A stretch of DNA of 64,000 nt, taken from positions 51,150,001-51,214,000 of the forward strand of contig OZ024747.1 in the NCBI GenBank assembly GCA_964016885.1, in the 5' to 3' direction. Made by a program: the position numbers and the translations under genes. Every line of letters starts with the position of its first letter. The stretch's first letter is position 1. The notes under the pieces are model-generated. The model was not told the origin of the DNA and searched no databases. It saw only the letters and a program-made list of their open reading frames with translations. This document shows, in pieces, positions 48,880 to 63,227 of this stretch. Source of the stretch: Eledone cirrhosa (taxonomy: Eukaryota).

Positions 48880-50355
48880 GGGGGGGTAGTGGTGGTTGTG
48901 GTGCTGGTGGTGGCAGTGGTGGTGATGGTTATGGAGGTGCTGGGGGGCACTAGTACTATTTGTGGTGGTGATGGTTGTGGTGGTGGTGGTGGTGGTGGTG
49001 ATGGTTATGATGGTGGTGATGGTTATGATGGTGGTGGTGGTGATTGTGGTGGTGGTGGTGGTGATTGTGGTGGTGCTGGGGGTAGTGGTACTATTTGTGG
49101 TGGTGATGGTTGTGGTAGTGGTGGTGGCTGTGATGGTGGTGGTGGTGGTGGTGGTGGTAGTGGTGGTGGTGGTGGTGCTGGGGGTAGTGGTACTAATTGT
49201 GGTGGTGGCTGTGATGGTGGTGGTGGTGGTGGTGGTGGTGGTGGTGCTGGGGGTAGTGGTACTAATTGTGGTGGTGATGGTTGTGGTGGCGGTGGTGGTA
49301 GTGGTGGTGATGGTTGATGGTGGTGGTGGTAGTAGTGGTTGTGATGGTGGTGGTGGTGGTAGTGGTGGTGGTGGTTGTGGTGGTGCTGGGGGTAGTGGCA
49401 CTATTTGTGGTGGTGATGGTTGTGGTGGCGGTGGTGGTAGTGGTGGTGATGGTTGTGGTGGTACTGGGTGTAGTGGTACTAATTGTGGTGGTGATGGTTG
49501 TGGTGGTGGTGGTGGTAGTGGTGGTGATGGTTGTGGTGGTACTGGGTGTAGTGGTACTAATTGTGGTGGTGATGGTTGTGGTGGTGGTGGTGGTAGTGGT
49601 GGTGATGGTTGTGGTGGTACTGGGTGTAGTGGTACTAATTGTGGTGGTGATGGTTGTGGTGGTGGTGGTGGTAGTGGTGGTGATGGTTGTGGTGGTGCTG
49701 GGGGTAGTGGTACTAATTGTGGTGGTGATGGTTGTGGTGGCGGTGGTGGTAGTGGTGGTGATGGTTGTGGTGGTACTGGGTGTAGTGGTACTAATTGTGG
49801 TGGTGATGGTTGTGGTGGCGGTGGTGGTAGTGGTGGTGATGGTTGTGGTGGTACTGGGTGTAGTGGTACTAATTGTGGTGGTGATGGTTGTGGTGGTGGT
49901 GGTGGTAGTGGTGGTGATGGTTGTGGTGGTGCTGGGGGTAGTGGTACTAATTGTGGTGGTGATGGTTGTGGTGGTGGTGGTGGTTGTGGTGGTGCTGGGG
50001 GTAGTGGTACTATTTGTAGTGGTGATGGTTGGGGTGGTGGTGGTGGTGGTGGTGGTGATGGTTGTGGTTGTGGTGGCGGCGGCGGTGGCGGTACTGCTGG
50101 TGGTGGTGGTAGTGGTGGTGCTGGTGGTTGTAGTGGTGGTGTTGGTTGTGGTGCTAGTGGTGGTAGTGGTTGTGGTGGTGCTGAGAGTAGTGGTACTATT
50201 TGTGGTGGTAGTGGTGGTTGTGGTGGTGGTGATGGTTGTGGTTGTGGTGCGGCCGTGGTGATGGCTGTGGTGGTGGTGGCGGGGGTGGTGATGGTACTGG
50301 TGGTGGTTGCGGTGATGGTTGTGGTGGTGGTACTGGTGGAACTGGTGGTGGTACT
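48880..50355. repeat. (GGT)n-derived minisatellite with a 78-bp higher-order unit
   Basis: ggtactaattgt recurs at 49475, 49553, 49631, 49709, 49787, 49865, 49943. Confidence 0.9.
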
Positions 50356-50451
50356 ATTATTAGGTTGTATTTCAAGCTCTTTTCTTAGTTTAATTTGATT
50401 TGGACGATCACTTCATTCTTCATATTTTTCATATTCTAATATATATCTCTA

Positions 50452-50568
50452 TCAAATCCCGCCGAGGATAACTTTGCCTTTCATCCTCACGGGGGTCGAT
50501 AAAATAAAGTACCGGTAACGTACTGGGGTCGATAAAATGAAGCACCAGTAACGTACTGGTGTCGATTT
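50452..50568 (+). mobile_element. Partial SINE family A with internal tandem duplication
   Basis: gtcgataaa...cagtaacgtactgg repeated. Confidence 0.75.
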
Positions 50569-50594
50569 AAAGCTAAATTACTAGCTTTGCGCCT

Positions 50595-53500
50595 ATACTA
50601 GAAATATTTATTACCCAGAAATGAGCCGAGAGGACGCTGTCCCTGAAAGGCCGTGCGGAGGTGGCAAATGCGTACAGAGCATCCATCACATGCTACCGCT
50701 TCACCGTCGTCCCTTGCCGCGGGCCAACTCTCATCAAAATGGAGCGCCTCCTCTTCTGCTTTTTGTCGGAGGGACGCGCTCCCATGGTCAGACGATCCAT
50801 CTGCTGTCAACACCCGTTGCGTGGAGGACTGGGCAAGCCATGGCTGATGATGCGCAAACATGCGCTGAGGCTGCTTCCTTGACGGTGAACAAGTGTGGTC
50901 GCCGTTCGCCAGGCATGTTTTCCCACAGCTCGTCTCCTTGACGGAACTACAGTCCTGGGTCAGGAAAAGACCGAGAGAGAGCGCTTGGAAACTGGAATGT
51001 CACCAGACGCTAACTGCCCTCTGCCAGCTGGGCACCAATATCGGTGGAACATCCACCTCGGCGTTCTGTAGAGGACTAGTGGAGGGCATCCAGCCATAGA
51101 GGACTAGTCCAGGGCCTATGGATAATTACCAAAAATCCCTGGCCTAGCAGTGCTACCGGGGAGCGTTGCCGGTTTGAGATAAGCTCTACAGGCACCAAAG
51201 TGCCGTCAGCCGAGCCCGTCCGAGATGCGCGCAGAGCGACGAAACCGTCGTGCACACACTCGTTCAGTGCCCGAGCATTGCTGACTTGTGGGGCATTTTG
51301 CTCGGTTGTTCGAGGGAAGTGGCGGGTCAGAGACGGTGGCGGACTTCAGTCCCTACCTCGATGGCTTGCCGCAACTCTCGACGGCCGACGCTGGGCGCTG
51401 CGAAAGGCCAATTACTTCAGCCGAGATTCAGGATGCCCTTGTTGGCTGCATGAAGCGCATGTCACCCGGTTTGGATGGTCTGCCCTACGGGCTTTACGTA
51501 AATATGCCAGACTTGTTCTCCAATCTCCTCGAAGCACTCTACTGCAACTGGCCACAGAACGGGAGTATTCCCAGTTCTGTGAGCCGGGGCGTAGTGACGC
51601 TGAAAAGGAAAGACGAGAACAAGAGGGGCACATTAGACAATTTCAGGCCCATAACTCTGCTCAACGCAGAGTTTAAGATTTTGGCCAGGGTGTTAGCGAA
51701 GAGGCGCAAACTTGCGCAATCCCAACCAGGTCCATACACGACAACATCCACCTAATCCGATACATCATATAGAGGGTAGGGTGAAAACCTGGCTTCGGTG
51801 GGGCTCTGATCAATTTAGATCAATCGAAAGCATTCGATAGTGTCGACCATCGGTATCTAGAGGCTGTCCTCAAGGCGGCTTGCTTCGGCCCCGTCTTCAG
51901 AAGCTGGATGGTCAAAATTAATGGCCACCTCTCGTAACCGTTTCAGGTCTCCCGATCGGTCCGTCAAGGGTTCCCTCTCTCCTCCCTTCTGTACGTATTG
52001 ACTCTCGATCCTTTACTGCGGAATCTGGAGCTGTTGCAGGGAATCCCGCTCGAACCGGGACGCGGAAAGGCTGTGTGGGCTTATGTGGACGACATCACCG
52101 TGATGGTGTCGGACACCGCAGAAATCGAGGTGGTCAGCAACTTATTGGAGGAATATGAAAGGTTGACGGGAGCAAAACTTAACCCGGAGAAGTCAGTGGG
52201 CTTGCAACTCGGCACCTGGAGAGGCGTCGTTCAACAGCGTCGTTAGATGCTGGACGGACGGACCGGTGAAGTTGCTCGGGGTTTGGTTCGGGCCAGACCT
52301 ACAGGTGGATAAGAATTGGGACGAGGTGACGGGCAGGGTAGCCAGTCTCACCCAGAAATGGGCTGGGGGGAAGATATCACTGAAAGGTCGGGCGGAGGTG
52401 GCGAACGCGTACATCGCGTCCATCATCTACTACCGTCTGACTGTCGTCCCCTGCCCCCGTTCAGCCCCCCGCCATCTTGGAGCGGCTCCTCTTCAAATTC
52501 TTGTGGAGTGGTCAGATTCCGCTGGTGAGGTGGTCCATCTGCTGCCAGCACCCTCTAGGTGGAGGGCTGGGCATGCCGTGGCTAATGATGCGTAGACATG
52601 CGCTGAGGCTGCGGCATCTCCAGATATTCTGTTTAAACGGTGAACAGGGGTGGTCGCCGTTTGTCAGACGGGCCTTTCCGCAGCTCGTCTCTTTGACTGA
52701 GCTGCAGTCCTGGGTCAAGAAGAGACCAAGACTGGGTGACTGGCATCTGGAATGTTGCCAGGCACTCACTGCCCTCTACCAGGCGGGCAATGCGGTCAGT
52801 GGAACTTCCACTCTCGAGTTCTATAGAGGATTAGTGGTGGGGAAAGTGCGACGACGCACGCGGAAAGGCTCTAGTCGAACTAACCAGTCGAACTAACCAG
52901 TCGAACTAACCAGTCGAACTAACCAGTCTGTTCCGGAGGAATTTCGAGCCGGGGACGATGGATGATTACCAAAAAATCCCTCGCTTAGCAGTGCTACCGG
53001 GGGAACTGCTGGTTCGAAATAAACTCTACAGGCACGGAAGTGCTGTCAGATGGACCTCCCCAAGATGCGCACAGAGCAACGAAACCGTTCTGCACGCACT
53101 CGTCCAGTGTCCGTGCATTACTGACTTATGGAGTTATGTCGAACAGCTGTTGTTGCGTGTAGAACGAATCCGGCTATCGGCCGAATCCATAGTGAAGATC
53201 GAACCGCCACCTTCCTTTGGCCAGGAAGGGCAAGCAATTTTCCTCTGTCTGGTGGCAGTAGCGAAAGAGGTTGTATGGTGGACGAGGTTGAAAGGACTGA
53301 AGACAGAAACTTTTCTCTTCGGCCAATCCCTCATCAACGTTTTCAAGTTTCACTTGGAATGGAAGGTGAGGGTGGAGAGAGAAGTGCTGCCCGCTAGTAC
53401 ATTTACTGAAAGGTGGTTGAATGTGGCGAGAATGGCCCGTGTGAGTGGGCCTATTCTGGTCATGTCCCTGTTGGTGGGTAAATTTGAGGAGGAGAGGGGT

Positions 53501-53722
53501 GCCCTTCCAGGGTGCTCTCGAAGCGTCGGGTCGTTCAGGATTGATGGGGTACCTGAGCGAACCCTGGGTGGTCATGCCCCCTATTGGGGAATTTTTCTTG
53601 TTGTATTTTTCTTGTTATTTTGTTATTGTTATTCATATTGTTTACTCGATTTTTCTGTAAAACCCCACTGTCGCAGTCTTTTGTATTGTCCCCTATATGT
53701 CGGCCCTTGTGGCCAATAAATG
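50595..53722 (+). mobile_element. Degenerate, rearranged L1/Tx1-like LINE ORF2 (RT to C-terminus plus 3' UTR)
   Basis: SPGLDGLP, NFRPITLLNAEFKILARVLA, LDQSKAFD, VRQG, AYVDDIT, LLGVWFG, GGLGMP, ETVLHALVQCP; many frameshifts. Confidence 0.9.
52873..52928. repeat. 13-bp tandem repeat AGTCGAACTAACC x4.3
   Basis: Direct reading. Confidence 0.9.
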
Positions 53723-53740
53723 AAATCATTATTATCATTA

Positions 53741-53925
53741 GGAGGGCGGTGGATTGGCAGTATCGGTAGAGGATCGGACGCCAGGCTTTAACGTATAGAG
53801 TTACGGCCCTTGCCATTCTGAGTTCAAATCTCGAGGTTAACTTTGCCTTTCATCCTTACGGGGTCGATAAAATTAAGTACCAGTAATGCACTAGGTGCCA
53901 AACGTAGAAACAATTATTATTATTA
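53741..53925 (+). mobile_element. SINE family A
   Basis: Consensus match with small deletions. Confidence 0.88.
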
Positions 53926-54525
53926 TCATCATCATCACCATCGTCATCATCATCGTCTCCATCATCGCCACCACCACCATCATCATCATCGTGGTTAATA
54001 TTATCATCGTTATCATCAACATCGTCATCAGTATTGTTATTGTTATCATTAAATATGTGCCTGTGTGTGTGTGTCTGTGTGTATGTGTGTGTATGTGTGT
54101 GTGTGTATGTGTGTGTGTATGTGTGTGAGTGTGAGCGTGTGCGTGTGCGTGTGCGTGTGCTTGTGCGTGCGTGCGTGTGTGTACGTGATTTCTAGCAAGT
54201 TGTTTGATATTACTTATGGGGTCTCAGAATCAGACGAGAGGTCAATAAGATGAGGAAATCTCATGTGAAGATGACGAAACAGAGAAGTAGATGGAGATGT
54301 ATGTGTGTGGGTGGGGTGGTGGGGGGGGGGGGGTATGTGGATGGTCAGATCATCAATACAAACACATCTTAGTTGATTCTTTTTCTTTGTCCTTTTTTTA
54401 TATTTTGTCCGTTTTCCAATTCTTAGTCGGTATACGAGGGGACAGTGGCTTTAAAAAATCCTTTATATAAATTGGAAATATTGGTGGAAGTTAGGGGTCA
54501 ACTATACACACTAATATATCATGTA

Positions 54526-54566
<41 letters not shown>

Positions 54567-54707
54567 GTGTCCGTGTGTGTTTATACACACATATATATAT
54601 GAATATATATATATATATATATGCATACATACATACATTTAAAAAGACAAAGACGCTCTCATCACTCCCCCTCTCTCACTCCCTCTTTCTTTCTCTCTAT
54701 TTCTCTC

Positions 54708-54807
<100 letters not shown>

Positions 54808-54994
54808 GGGGGGGGGTGTTTGTTTTTGTATAGCCCGTATAAATGAATCGTCTTTCGAGTGAAATTTAATCGTGCATCCAGTTCGGCATTTGACCCAGAG
54901 TCTTCCAATCATATTATAGTTGCCTTAGAAATACCACAAGATGAAGGAGAGGAAGAAAGAAAAAGAAGAAGAAAAAGAACAACAGCAACGACAT

Positions 54995-55178
54995 TATTAA
55001 TAATTGTTTCTGCTTTTGGCACAAGGCCAGCAATTAGCTAGTACATTACTCGTACTTTATTTTATCGACCCCGTAAGGATGAAAGGCAAAGTTAACCTCG
55101 GCGGGATTTGACTCAGAATGGCAAGGGCCGTAACTCTATGCGTCAAAGCATGGCGTCCGACCCTCTACCAATACTGTC
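54995..55178 (-). mobile_element. SINE family A
   Basis: Reverse complement of consensus. Confidence 0.9.
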
Positions 55179-55304
55179 AGGCAACAATCAATCAATTGTC
55201 GTAATCTGTAAGTCAAAAATGCTTTGATTGAGTTATTAAGTCGCTCGAAGTGGATTGGAACAATTATCGTCTTGAATGGTTTTTTTAAACTTTTCGATAC
55301 ATTT

Positions 55305-55460
55305 TAATCTGTGTCCACGCTGGGGCATGGCCTTAAATACATTTTATTCAATCATAACAACCATATTATTCACCCGTCAAGCCTGGTACTTAACATATCG
55401 ATCCTTTTTTGACGAACCGCTACGTTACGGGACATAAACGCGAGCGCAGACACAAATTTA
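55305..55460 (-). mobile_element. Degenerate SINE family B body
   Basis: gctggggca..gccttaaa..cctggtactta..atcgatc..gaaccgctacgttacgggaca. Confidence 0.5.
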
Positions 55461-55674
55461 AATGGTGATGGAGAATTAAAATTCAGCATAGCCTCGGGTG
55501 TTGACAGCAGAGTTGTAACAGAAGATAGGTGGACGAAAGCACTGTAGGAGTACGTCTGATCCATTGTATCTGTAATTCAAAGGTCCAGACTTGTTAAGTA
55601 TTGGCCCGCTGGTTCTGCTTTAGAATAGAGTTATGGGTAAAGGTGTCTTTGGAATATTCACTCACACACATACA

Positions 55675-55762
<88 letters not shown>

Positions 55763-55774
55763 CATGTATGTATG

Positions 55775-55815
<41 letters not shown>

Positions 55816-56650
55816 ATGCGTGTATGTGTGTAACTGTGTGTTTAAGAAAGAGATAGAAACTGTGTGAGTGTGTGACAGTGTAAGTTTATTCGTTTGCATC
55901 AGTGTAGAAACATAGAGATGTTCCACCCTGGACCACAATTAGCCTCACTGATGATGTGTTTGTCTGCTCCAAAAGATTATGCATGAAGAAGACAATAAAT
56001 ATTGTTGTGTTACGTTTGGCAACAAAAGAAAAACCTCAAAAAAGTGTCACTGTCTTGTTCAGCCCACAGCGACATATACAATAAGGAAAATACATATTGT
56101 ATGTCTGTAACAAGGGGGAACTCCAGATAATAACTATAACAACAGATATTCAAAACAGGAAATCCATGCAAAAGTTGACATCGGAATAAATTTCAATATT
56201 TTAATTGTAATAAATACTCCCTAACAAGATTATTTCACCAGCTGTAGAAATTTACTAAGACATAAACCGAATGAAGTCAGCCGGAAGCCTAAAACAATTC
56301 TTCCTGTATCATCCGAAACTACAGGAACTCTCACTAATAACCAGCATCTTCTTGTGAACATTGCTTCTGGGTACTAAACAGTGACTAATGAGATGTGAAG
56401 TTGACTGACATAACACTTATAACAAAGGAAGGGGAAAAACAAGAAGACTCTTCTACTACATGGCGTAGAACAGTTTCAATTTATCTGTAAAGTTATTTTG
56501 TAGGTGGTCGTACATGGTAATACAAACCTGTGTCTATACATACACATGTATGCGTGTGTGTGTGTGTGTATACATTTATATATATATATAAATGTATATA
56601 TTATGATAATAATATATACATTTATATATATATATATATATATATAAATG

Positions 56651-56696
<46 letters not shown>

Positions 56697-56734
56697 TACA
56701 TGTTTATTATGATAATAATAATAATAATAATAAC

Positions 56735-59700
56735 AATCTAAATTGATCCGAGCCCCCACGAAAGCCAGGTTTAAACCCCACCCTCTCCACGATGTATCGC
56801 ATGAGGTAGGGGCTGTCGTGTGTGGACGTGATCGGGATTGCGCAAGTTTGCGCCTCCCCAACCAAGTCCTGGACGACAAGTGACAATCTCTTCGCTAACA
56901 CCTTGCCCAAAATCTTAAACTCTGCGTTGAGCAAATTTATGGGCCTGAAATTATCTAATGTGTCCTACTTGTTCTCGTCTTTCCTTATCAGTGTCACTAC
57001 GCTCCGGCTCACAAAACTGGGAATACTCCCGTTCTATTGACAGTTACAGTAGAGCGCTTCGAGGAGATCGGATAACAACTCTGGCACATCTATGTAAAAC
57101 TCGTAGGGAAGACAATCCAAACTGGGTGACTTGCACCTCATTCAGCCGACAGAGACATCCGGCGTCGGCCGTCGAGGGGCGCGGCAAGCCGTCGTGGTAG
57201 AGACTGACCTCCGCTACGGTCTCTGACCCACCACACTCCCCGAACAACCAAGCAAAGTGCAGTCTAAATGCCTCACACATCCGCCTGGAATCACGTAGGT
57301 CGTGTCCGTCTCGGTCCGTCAAAGACCGAATTGTGGTTTTATTACCACGCTGCGCCTCTGCCATGCGGGCCCATCGAACAGCTTTGGTTCCTTCGTTTCT
57401 CAGAGTACGTGCCTTACCTCTGACAATGCAACCTTCGTGTTTCACATTGAAGAAATGGTCTAATTCCATTCTCACCGCTAGCACGTCAGTTACAATGCCA
57501 TTACAAATAGCCTCGTTTAACTTAGCTACCAGTTTCCCCTCCTTTCTATTTTTCTCTAACGCTACTTCGTTGCTAAACCCTTTCGAAGTTACTCTAATCT
57601 CTCTTTTGAGACCCCCCTCAACCACCATCTGTTCTTGACGATTCCCCCTGTCAACTTTTGCTTAACTAAATTGTTGACCCGATCCCCGTAATCTTTACGT
57701 GCCGGAAATGACATGTTTAGCTTCCAGTAATTAGGTCCTAACCTACACGACGTAACCAGGTCGACGAAATAGATCACAAACTTGTGATTTGAATAGGCGA
57801 CCGTTTTAAAGTGAGGACAGCCTACATTATTTCAATCTACTTTCCTAATGAAAATCCTGTCTATATACGATCTAGATGATCCTATGCTGTTGGTCCACGC
57901 CCACACTCGCGCATTAGGGAAATCTAGTCAGTACCTGTCAGACAGGTGGAACTGGATGATCAGGTACCTGAGGCTTTTGCAGCCCCCGCTCCTATCGGCT
58001 ACTTCCAAACAACCCCAGCGTGCATTTAAGTCCCCCGCTAATATTAAAGGGTGAAACGTACCCAGAAAGGCTTTCAGGCACCTAGAGAAGTTTGGCCGTT
58101 CGTCTTCGGTAGGGGCGTAGACAGCCACCTTCGTTATTGTTCACATCAAGGACCACTAGCTTACCGTTCGTGTCCTGGAAGGTCGACCTTACATCGAAAT
58201 TCAGACGTTTTCTAAACAGCACTGACACTCCACCACCCATTCCCGGCCGACTAGCAGATGTTAAGATCAGATAGTCGTCAAAAATGTGCTCGCATATCGG
58301 AAATGTTGGTCACGCTGACGGCAATTACATCCATATCTAGAGACCTGAGGTCGTTAATCAGGCGATTCTGATTCCAGAGTGACACCATGACAAGAACATT
58401 TAAACTTTCAACTCTTAATATGGCAATGCTGGCAGGCGAAAGAGAGAGGAAAGGTTACTTACCTCCCGGCTCTTGTGGCGCTTGGGTGGTTGAACCTCCT
58501 CAGTTTGTGGGGTTTCTTTTGGGAATCTCTTCAAAGATCTCGGTGTGGGTTTCACGCTCGGGGTTCCCACGTCCCGAGAAAAACTCTCTCTAATTCCTTT
58601 ATAAGAATCGAGCGACATTCACGCCAGAAATAAATCTTCCGTTGTGCGAAATGTGCTCGATCAAAAATCTCCCCTCTGTTTGAATTCCTTTACTTCATAC
58701 TACGAGGGCCATCAATTACTTGTTGCCCCTTCTGACAAACAAAGTTTTGTACGTTTCGTTGGTGTGGTTTTATTTGTCTGCGTTTGGGTGACTGTGGTGC
58801 TGATGGGTTTGTTGGTGTTGTTTCAGGTGTGTCTGTGTTTGTTTGTGGGAATGGTGTCTGCAATTTCAGGTGTCCGTGTTTAATTGTTGTCGTGTCTGTT
58901 TAGGTTGTTTGCGTTTCGGGGATTGTAGTAATTGTAACGGTGGTGGTGGTGTTGGTTTTGGTTTTGTTGGGGAAGTTTTTGCGTGGGTGGTGTCTGCATG
59001 TTTTATTGTGGGTGTTTTGGGGCTTTGTGTGGGCTTATTTTTTTTTTATGTTTTCATTTTTTTGGGGGGGGGGGGGGGGGTTGAAATTTCCCTCATCGTT
59101 ACTACTGGAAGATGAGTGGTCTGTGGCTGTAAGAGTGTCTGAGTGTTTACGTTTTAGTTCACTTCCCTCTCCACCTATGTTTTAGAGCACTTCCCTCTCC
59201 ACCATGATTTTCCTTTTCAAATGAAATTTGTATAGGTTAATCAGGGCATCACCGAAGAAGTAAGTATTCGTCTTCAGTCCTTTCAAAAGCGTCCACCACA
59301 CGACCTCTTTTCCTATGGCCACCGGGCAGATAAAAAATGCCTGCCCTTCCCGGCTAAAGGAAGACGGCGTGGCAATCCTCACGATGGACTCATCTGATAG
59401 CCGGATTGTCCTACACGCGACAGCAGGTGTTCGACATAAACCAAAAAGTTTTGAATTCTGCCTTTAGAAGAGTTATGGGCCTAAAATTATCTTGTTGCCC
59501 TTGTTCCGGTCCTTTCTCAGCAACACTACCACACCTCGGCTCACAGAGCTTGGAATTCTCCTGTTCTGCTGCCAGTTGCCGCAAACGTCTGCCAAGAGGT
59601 CGCCGAACAAATCTGGCATGGGAATTTCAATGACTGGGGGAACCTGGGTTACTCTCACTCTCTCTAGCCTTTGTCCACAGTAGCTTGGGACTAGTGCGAA

Positions 59701-60050
59701 CTCGTCACTTTTTAGTGGAGCTATGGGGTACTCTCTGGCTTCCTGTGGGATTCCAAAGAACACATTCACGGTCCATATCTTTGTTCACGTCTGATGTGGG
59801 TTTTCTGAGCCCACACATGTCGCAAAGCCTTTTGGATCTTGGACTCGGATGCATGCCCCACTCGGTGTGTTTTTATATTAATGGTACGTTATGATACAGT
59901 ACATAGTCGCCGATGTTGCATGGTATTATGATGGAAGACTGAGGCTGACCCTGTAACCACTTTTCTTCACCGTTCACCTGGCCTCATTCAGTTCTTCCTC
60001 GCTTACCTCAATCGTTTCGTTCTTATTCGCTGCTTTAGCAAAAGACCATT
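56735..60050 (-). mobile_element. Degenerate L1/Tx1-like LINE 5' half (ORF1 remnant, APE endonuclease, RT start) with nested ORF2 fragments
   Basis: AVYAPT, LILAGDLNA, SYIDRIF, GPNYWKLN, NFRPINLLNAEFKILGKVLAKRL; ORF1-like remnants at 59630-60050 and 58390-59180. Confidence 0.85.
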
Positions 60051-60134
60051 TGGTTTTGCGCTGGTGTTGTTATTATTGTTGTCATTCTCATTGTTGCTGT
60101 TGTTATTATTTTTTTAAATTACTATTTATAGTTT

Positions 60135-60137
60135 CAG

Positions 60138-60199
<62 letters not shown>

Positions 60200-60272
60200 G
60201 ATGATGTTGTTGTTGTTGTGGTGGTGGTGGTGGTGGTGCTGGCGGCGGCGGCGGTGGCGGCGGCGGCGGCGT
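60135..60272. repeat. (GTT)n-(GGT)n-(GGC)n compound microsatellite
   Basis: Direct reading. Confidence 0.9.
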
Positions 60273-60851
60273 TCTGCGTGGCAGAATTCATCACGAGATA
60301 ATTTTTTTGTTTCAGTTGTTGCTGTGGTGGTGGTGGTGAGGTGGTATCAGTGGTGTTGGGGTACTCTTCGACATTGTGGTGGTGAAGATGGCAGCTTTAA
60401 CACCTGCAGACATTGAGAAAAGGTGGAAAGTCTACGTCCGCACGTGGCAAACTTTGGCAACTGCTACTGCTGCTGTTAACGAAAACATTATCGGTATTGG
60501 CAATTGTAGTAAGGTTCACAAAGGTCGTGTTGAGAATAGTGTCTATGTTAGAGCCTCTCTGGCGTGACAGCTGGCTTAATTTGGGGGCGTATACCGTCCA
60601 TGTTATTTTTTTTACAAAACAATTGTTTGTTTGACAAAATAAAGTTTAAATTTGGGCTCAAGGCCCCAATATTATTCAGTGTTTTTTTTTCAGAAAGCAA
60701 TATATATGAAGTTATAATCAGTTAACAACAAACATTTTCCAGTACTGGCAATTCAAAACTGGCAACTAAACTCCCTCTAGCTCTACACCTCGATATCGAC
60801 GTGAACCTAAACATCGAGTGGTCAGCCGAGTGAACCTAAGTTAACACTATG

Positions 60852-60904
<53 letters not shown>

Positions 60905-60926
60905 CAACATGACCCTCCCAAAGTAT

Positions 60927-60969
<43 letters not shown>

Positions 60970-60976
<7 letters not shown>

Positions 60977-61072
60977 ACAGGGAGAAAGAGACGATTATGA
61001 GGAAGAAAAAATATATATATTTTTATTTTCCTTTTAAACTCATAATCGTCTCTTTCTCCCTGTTTTCATATA
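60970..61072. repeat. Short inverted repeat in (TA)n made of two element termini
   Basis: atgaaaacagggagaaagagacgattatgag / ctcataatcgtctctttctccctgttttcat; same terminus at 21095-21125. Confidence 0.75.
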
Positions 61073-61135
61073 TATATATATATATATATCCTAACTCGTG
61101 TGCCTCCTCTCCACATTTTATTATTATATATATAT

Positions 61136-61219
61136 ATCCTTACGAGGTCGATAAAATAAAGTACCAGTAATGCACTGGATAATTGCTGGCCTTGTGCCAA
61201 AAGTAGAAACAATTATTAT
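61136..61219 (+). mobile_element. 5'-truncated SINE family A
   Basis: 3' half of consensus. Confidence 0.8.
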
Positions 61220-61339
61220 ATATATATATATATAATCTGAGTTTTTCCAATGTTGCAAATCAGGCCGATCAATCATTGTATATTTTAAAAAAGTATCATA
61301 TATTTTCACTAGCTCTGATAGTTGGCAGGTAAGCAATAT

Positions 61340-61386
61340 ACTGCACTGATGATGGGTAATCACCCAGAAACATTAGTGTCTGCAGT
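61340..61386 (+). ncRNA. Canonical-core type I hammerhead ribozyme
   Basis: actgca-CTGATGA-tggg/ccca-GAAA-ca(ttag)tg-TC-tgcagt; GUC site. Confidence 0.8.
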
Positions 61387-61582
61387 TCTGTTTACACGCC
61401 AACGCAAGAGCAAGAATGACGGGTCATTCTGCTGACATGGCTTTAAAGACGCTGTTTGCATAATTGCCAACGAATCGAATATTATTATTAATATTCGAAA
61501 AGCTCAGATTACATTTATTGTATTCAGCCATGTAGAACGATAATCTATCTGTTTGTTAGTATATATATATATATATATATAT

Positions 61583-61954
<372 letters not shown>

Positions 61955-61961
61955 TTATATA

Positions 61962-62038
<77 letters not shown>

Positions 62039-62042
<4 letters not shown>

Positions 62043-62236
62043 GTGGTGGATTGGCAGTATCGGTGGAGGGTTGGACGCCGCCATGCTTTGCAGCATAGAG
62101 TTACAGCCCTTTACAGTCTGAGTTCAAATCCCGCCGAGGTTAACTTTGCCTTTCATCCTTACGGGGTCGATAAAATAAAATACAAGTAATGCACTGGAAT
62201 AATTGCTGACCTTGTGCCAAAAGCAGAAGCAATTAT
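62039..62236 (+). mobile_element. SINE family A
   Basis: Full-length consensus match. Confidence 0.9.
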
Positions 62237-62275
62237 ATATATATATATATAAGCCAGAGAGAGAGAGGGGTGGAG

Positions 62276-62313
<38 letters not shown>

Positions 62314-62522
62314 TCACATGCACACTGACACATATACACGCCATCATTTATATAGATCCACCCGTCTAGCCACCAGTGAAAGAACTCGCCATGACGATGC
62401 TACTACCTCTTCTAACAAAGGATTGTAACCTAATTATACATGAAGAGAGGATGGTAGGTGGCTAGCGACAACGAAGAAAGCTCCAGAAAACATCTAAGTA
62501 AGCCTGTCTGGAAAAACATACA

Positions 62523-62580
<58 letters not shown>

Positions 62581-62626
62581 TATAGATATATATATATATA
62601 TATATTTATACATATATACGTGTGTG

Positions 62627-62670
<44 letters not shown>

Positions 62671-62977
62671 TACGTGTGTGTATGTATATATATATATATA
62701 TATATATATACGTATATACGTGTGTGTATGTGTGTGGAACGGTTGACGGGAGGAGATAAAGAGAGCAAGTTGGATGGAATTGAATAAGAAACGGAAAATA
62801 AGAACTCTGGAAAAAAATACAAGATGAAAATAAAACAATAAAAAGGGAAATAACTCACCCTCGGGGTAAAAAATAGACTAAAATGATCTCTCGACGACAG
62901 AGACTGTTCTTGATAGTTTTTTTTTTTAATTATTATTTCTACTTGATCTTCTCATTATTTCGTTCTCTAGGCATGTG

Positions 62978-63016
<39 letters not shown>

Positions 63017-63121
63017 AAGAAAATTTGAACGTGCTTATTTATACACTGATGTAAATATGCAAGAATATAACCTCCATGTACGTTAATATATACATACATA
63101 AATACATACCACCGCCCGCCC

Positions 63122-63213
<92 letters not shown>

Positions 63214-63227
63214 AGTCCATAGAATCA

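Noticed and set aside
52873-52928. CRISPR array
   Set aside because: No spacers, eukaryotic context, no cas genes
60376-60567. 63-aa ORF MAALTPADIEKRWKV as host exon
   Set aside because: No recognisable domain or splice support; could be a decayed LINE ORF1 start
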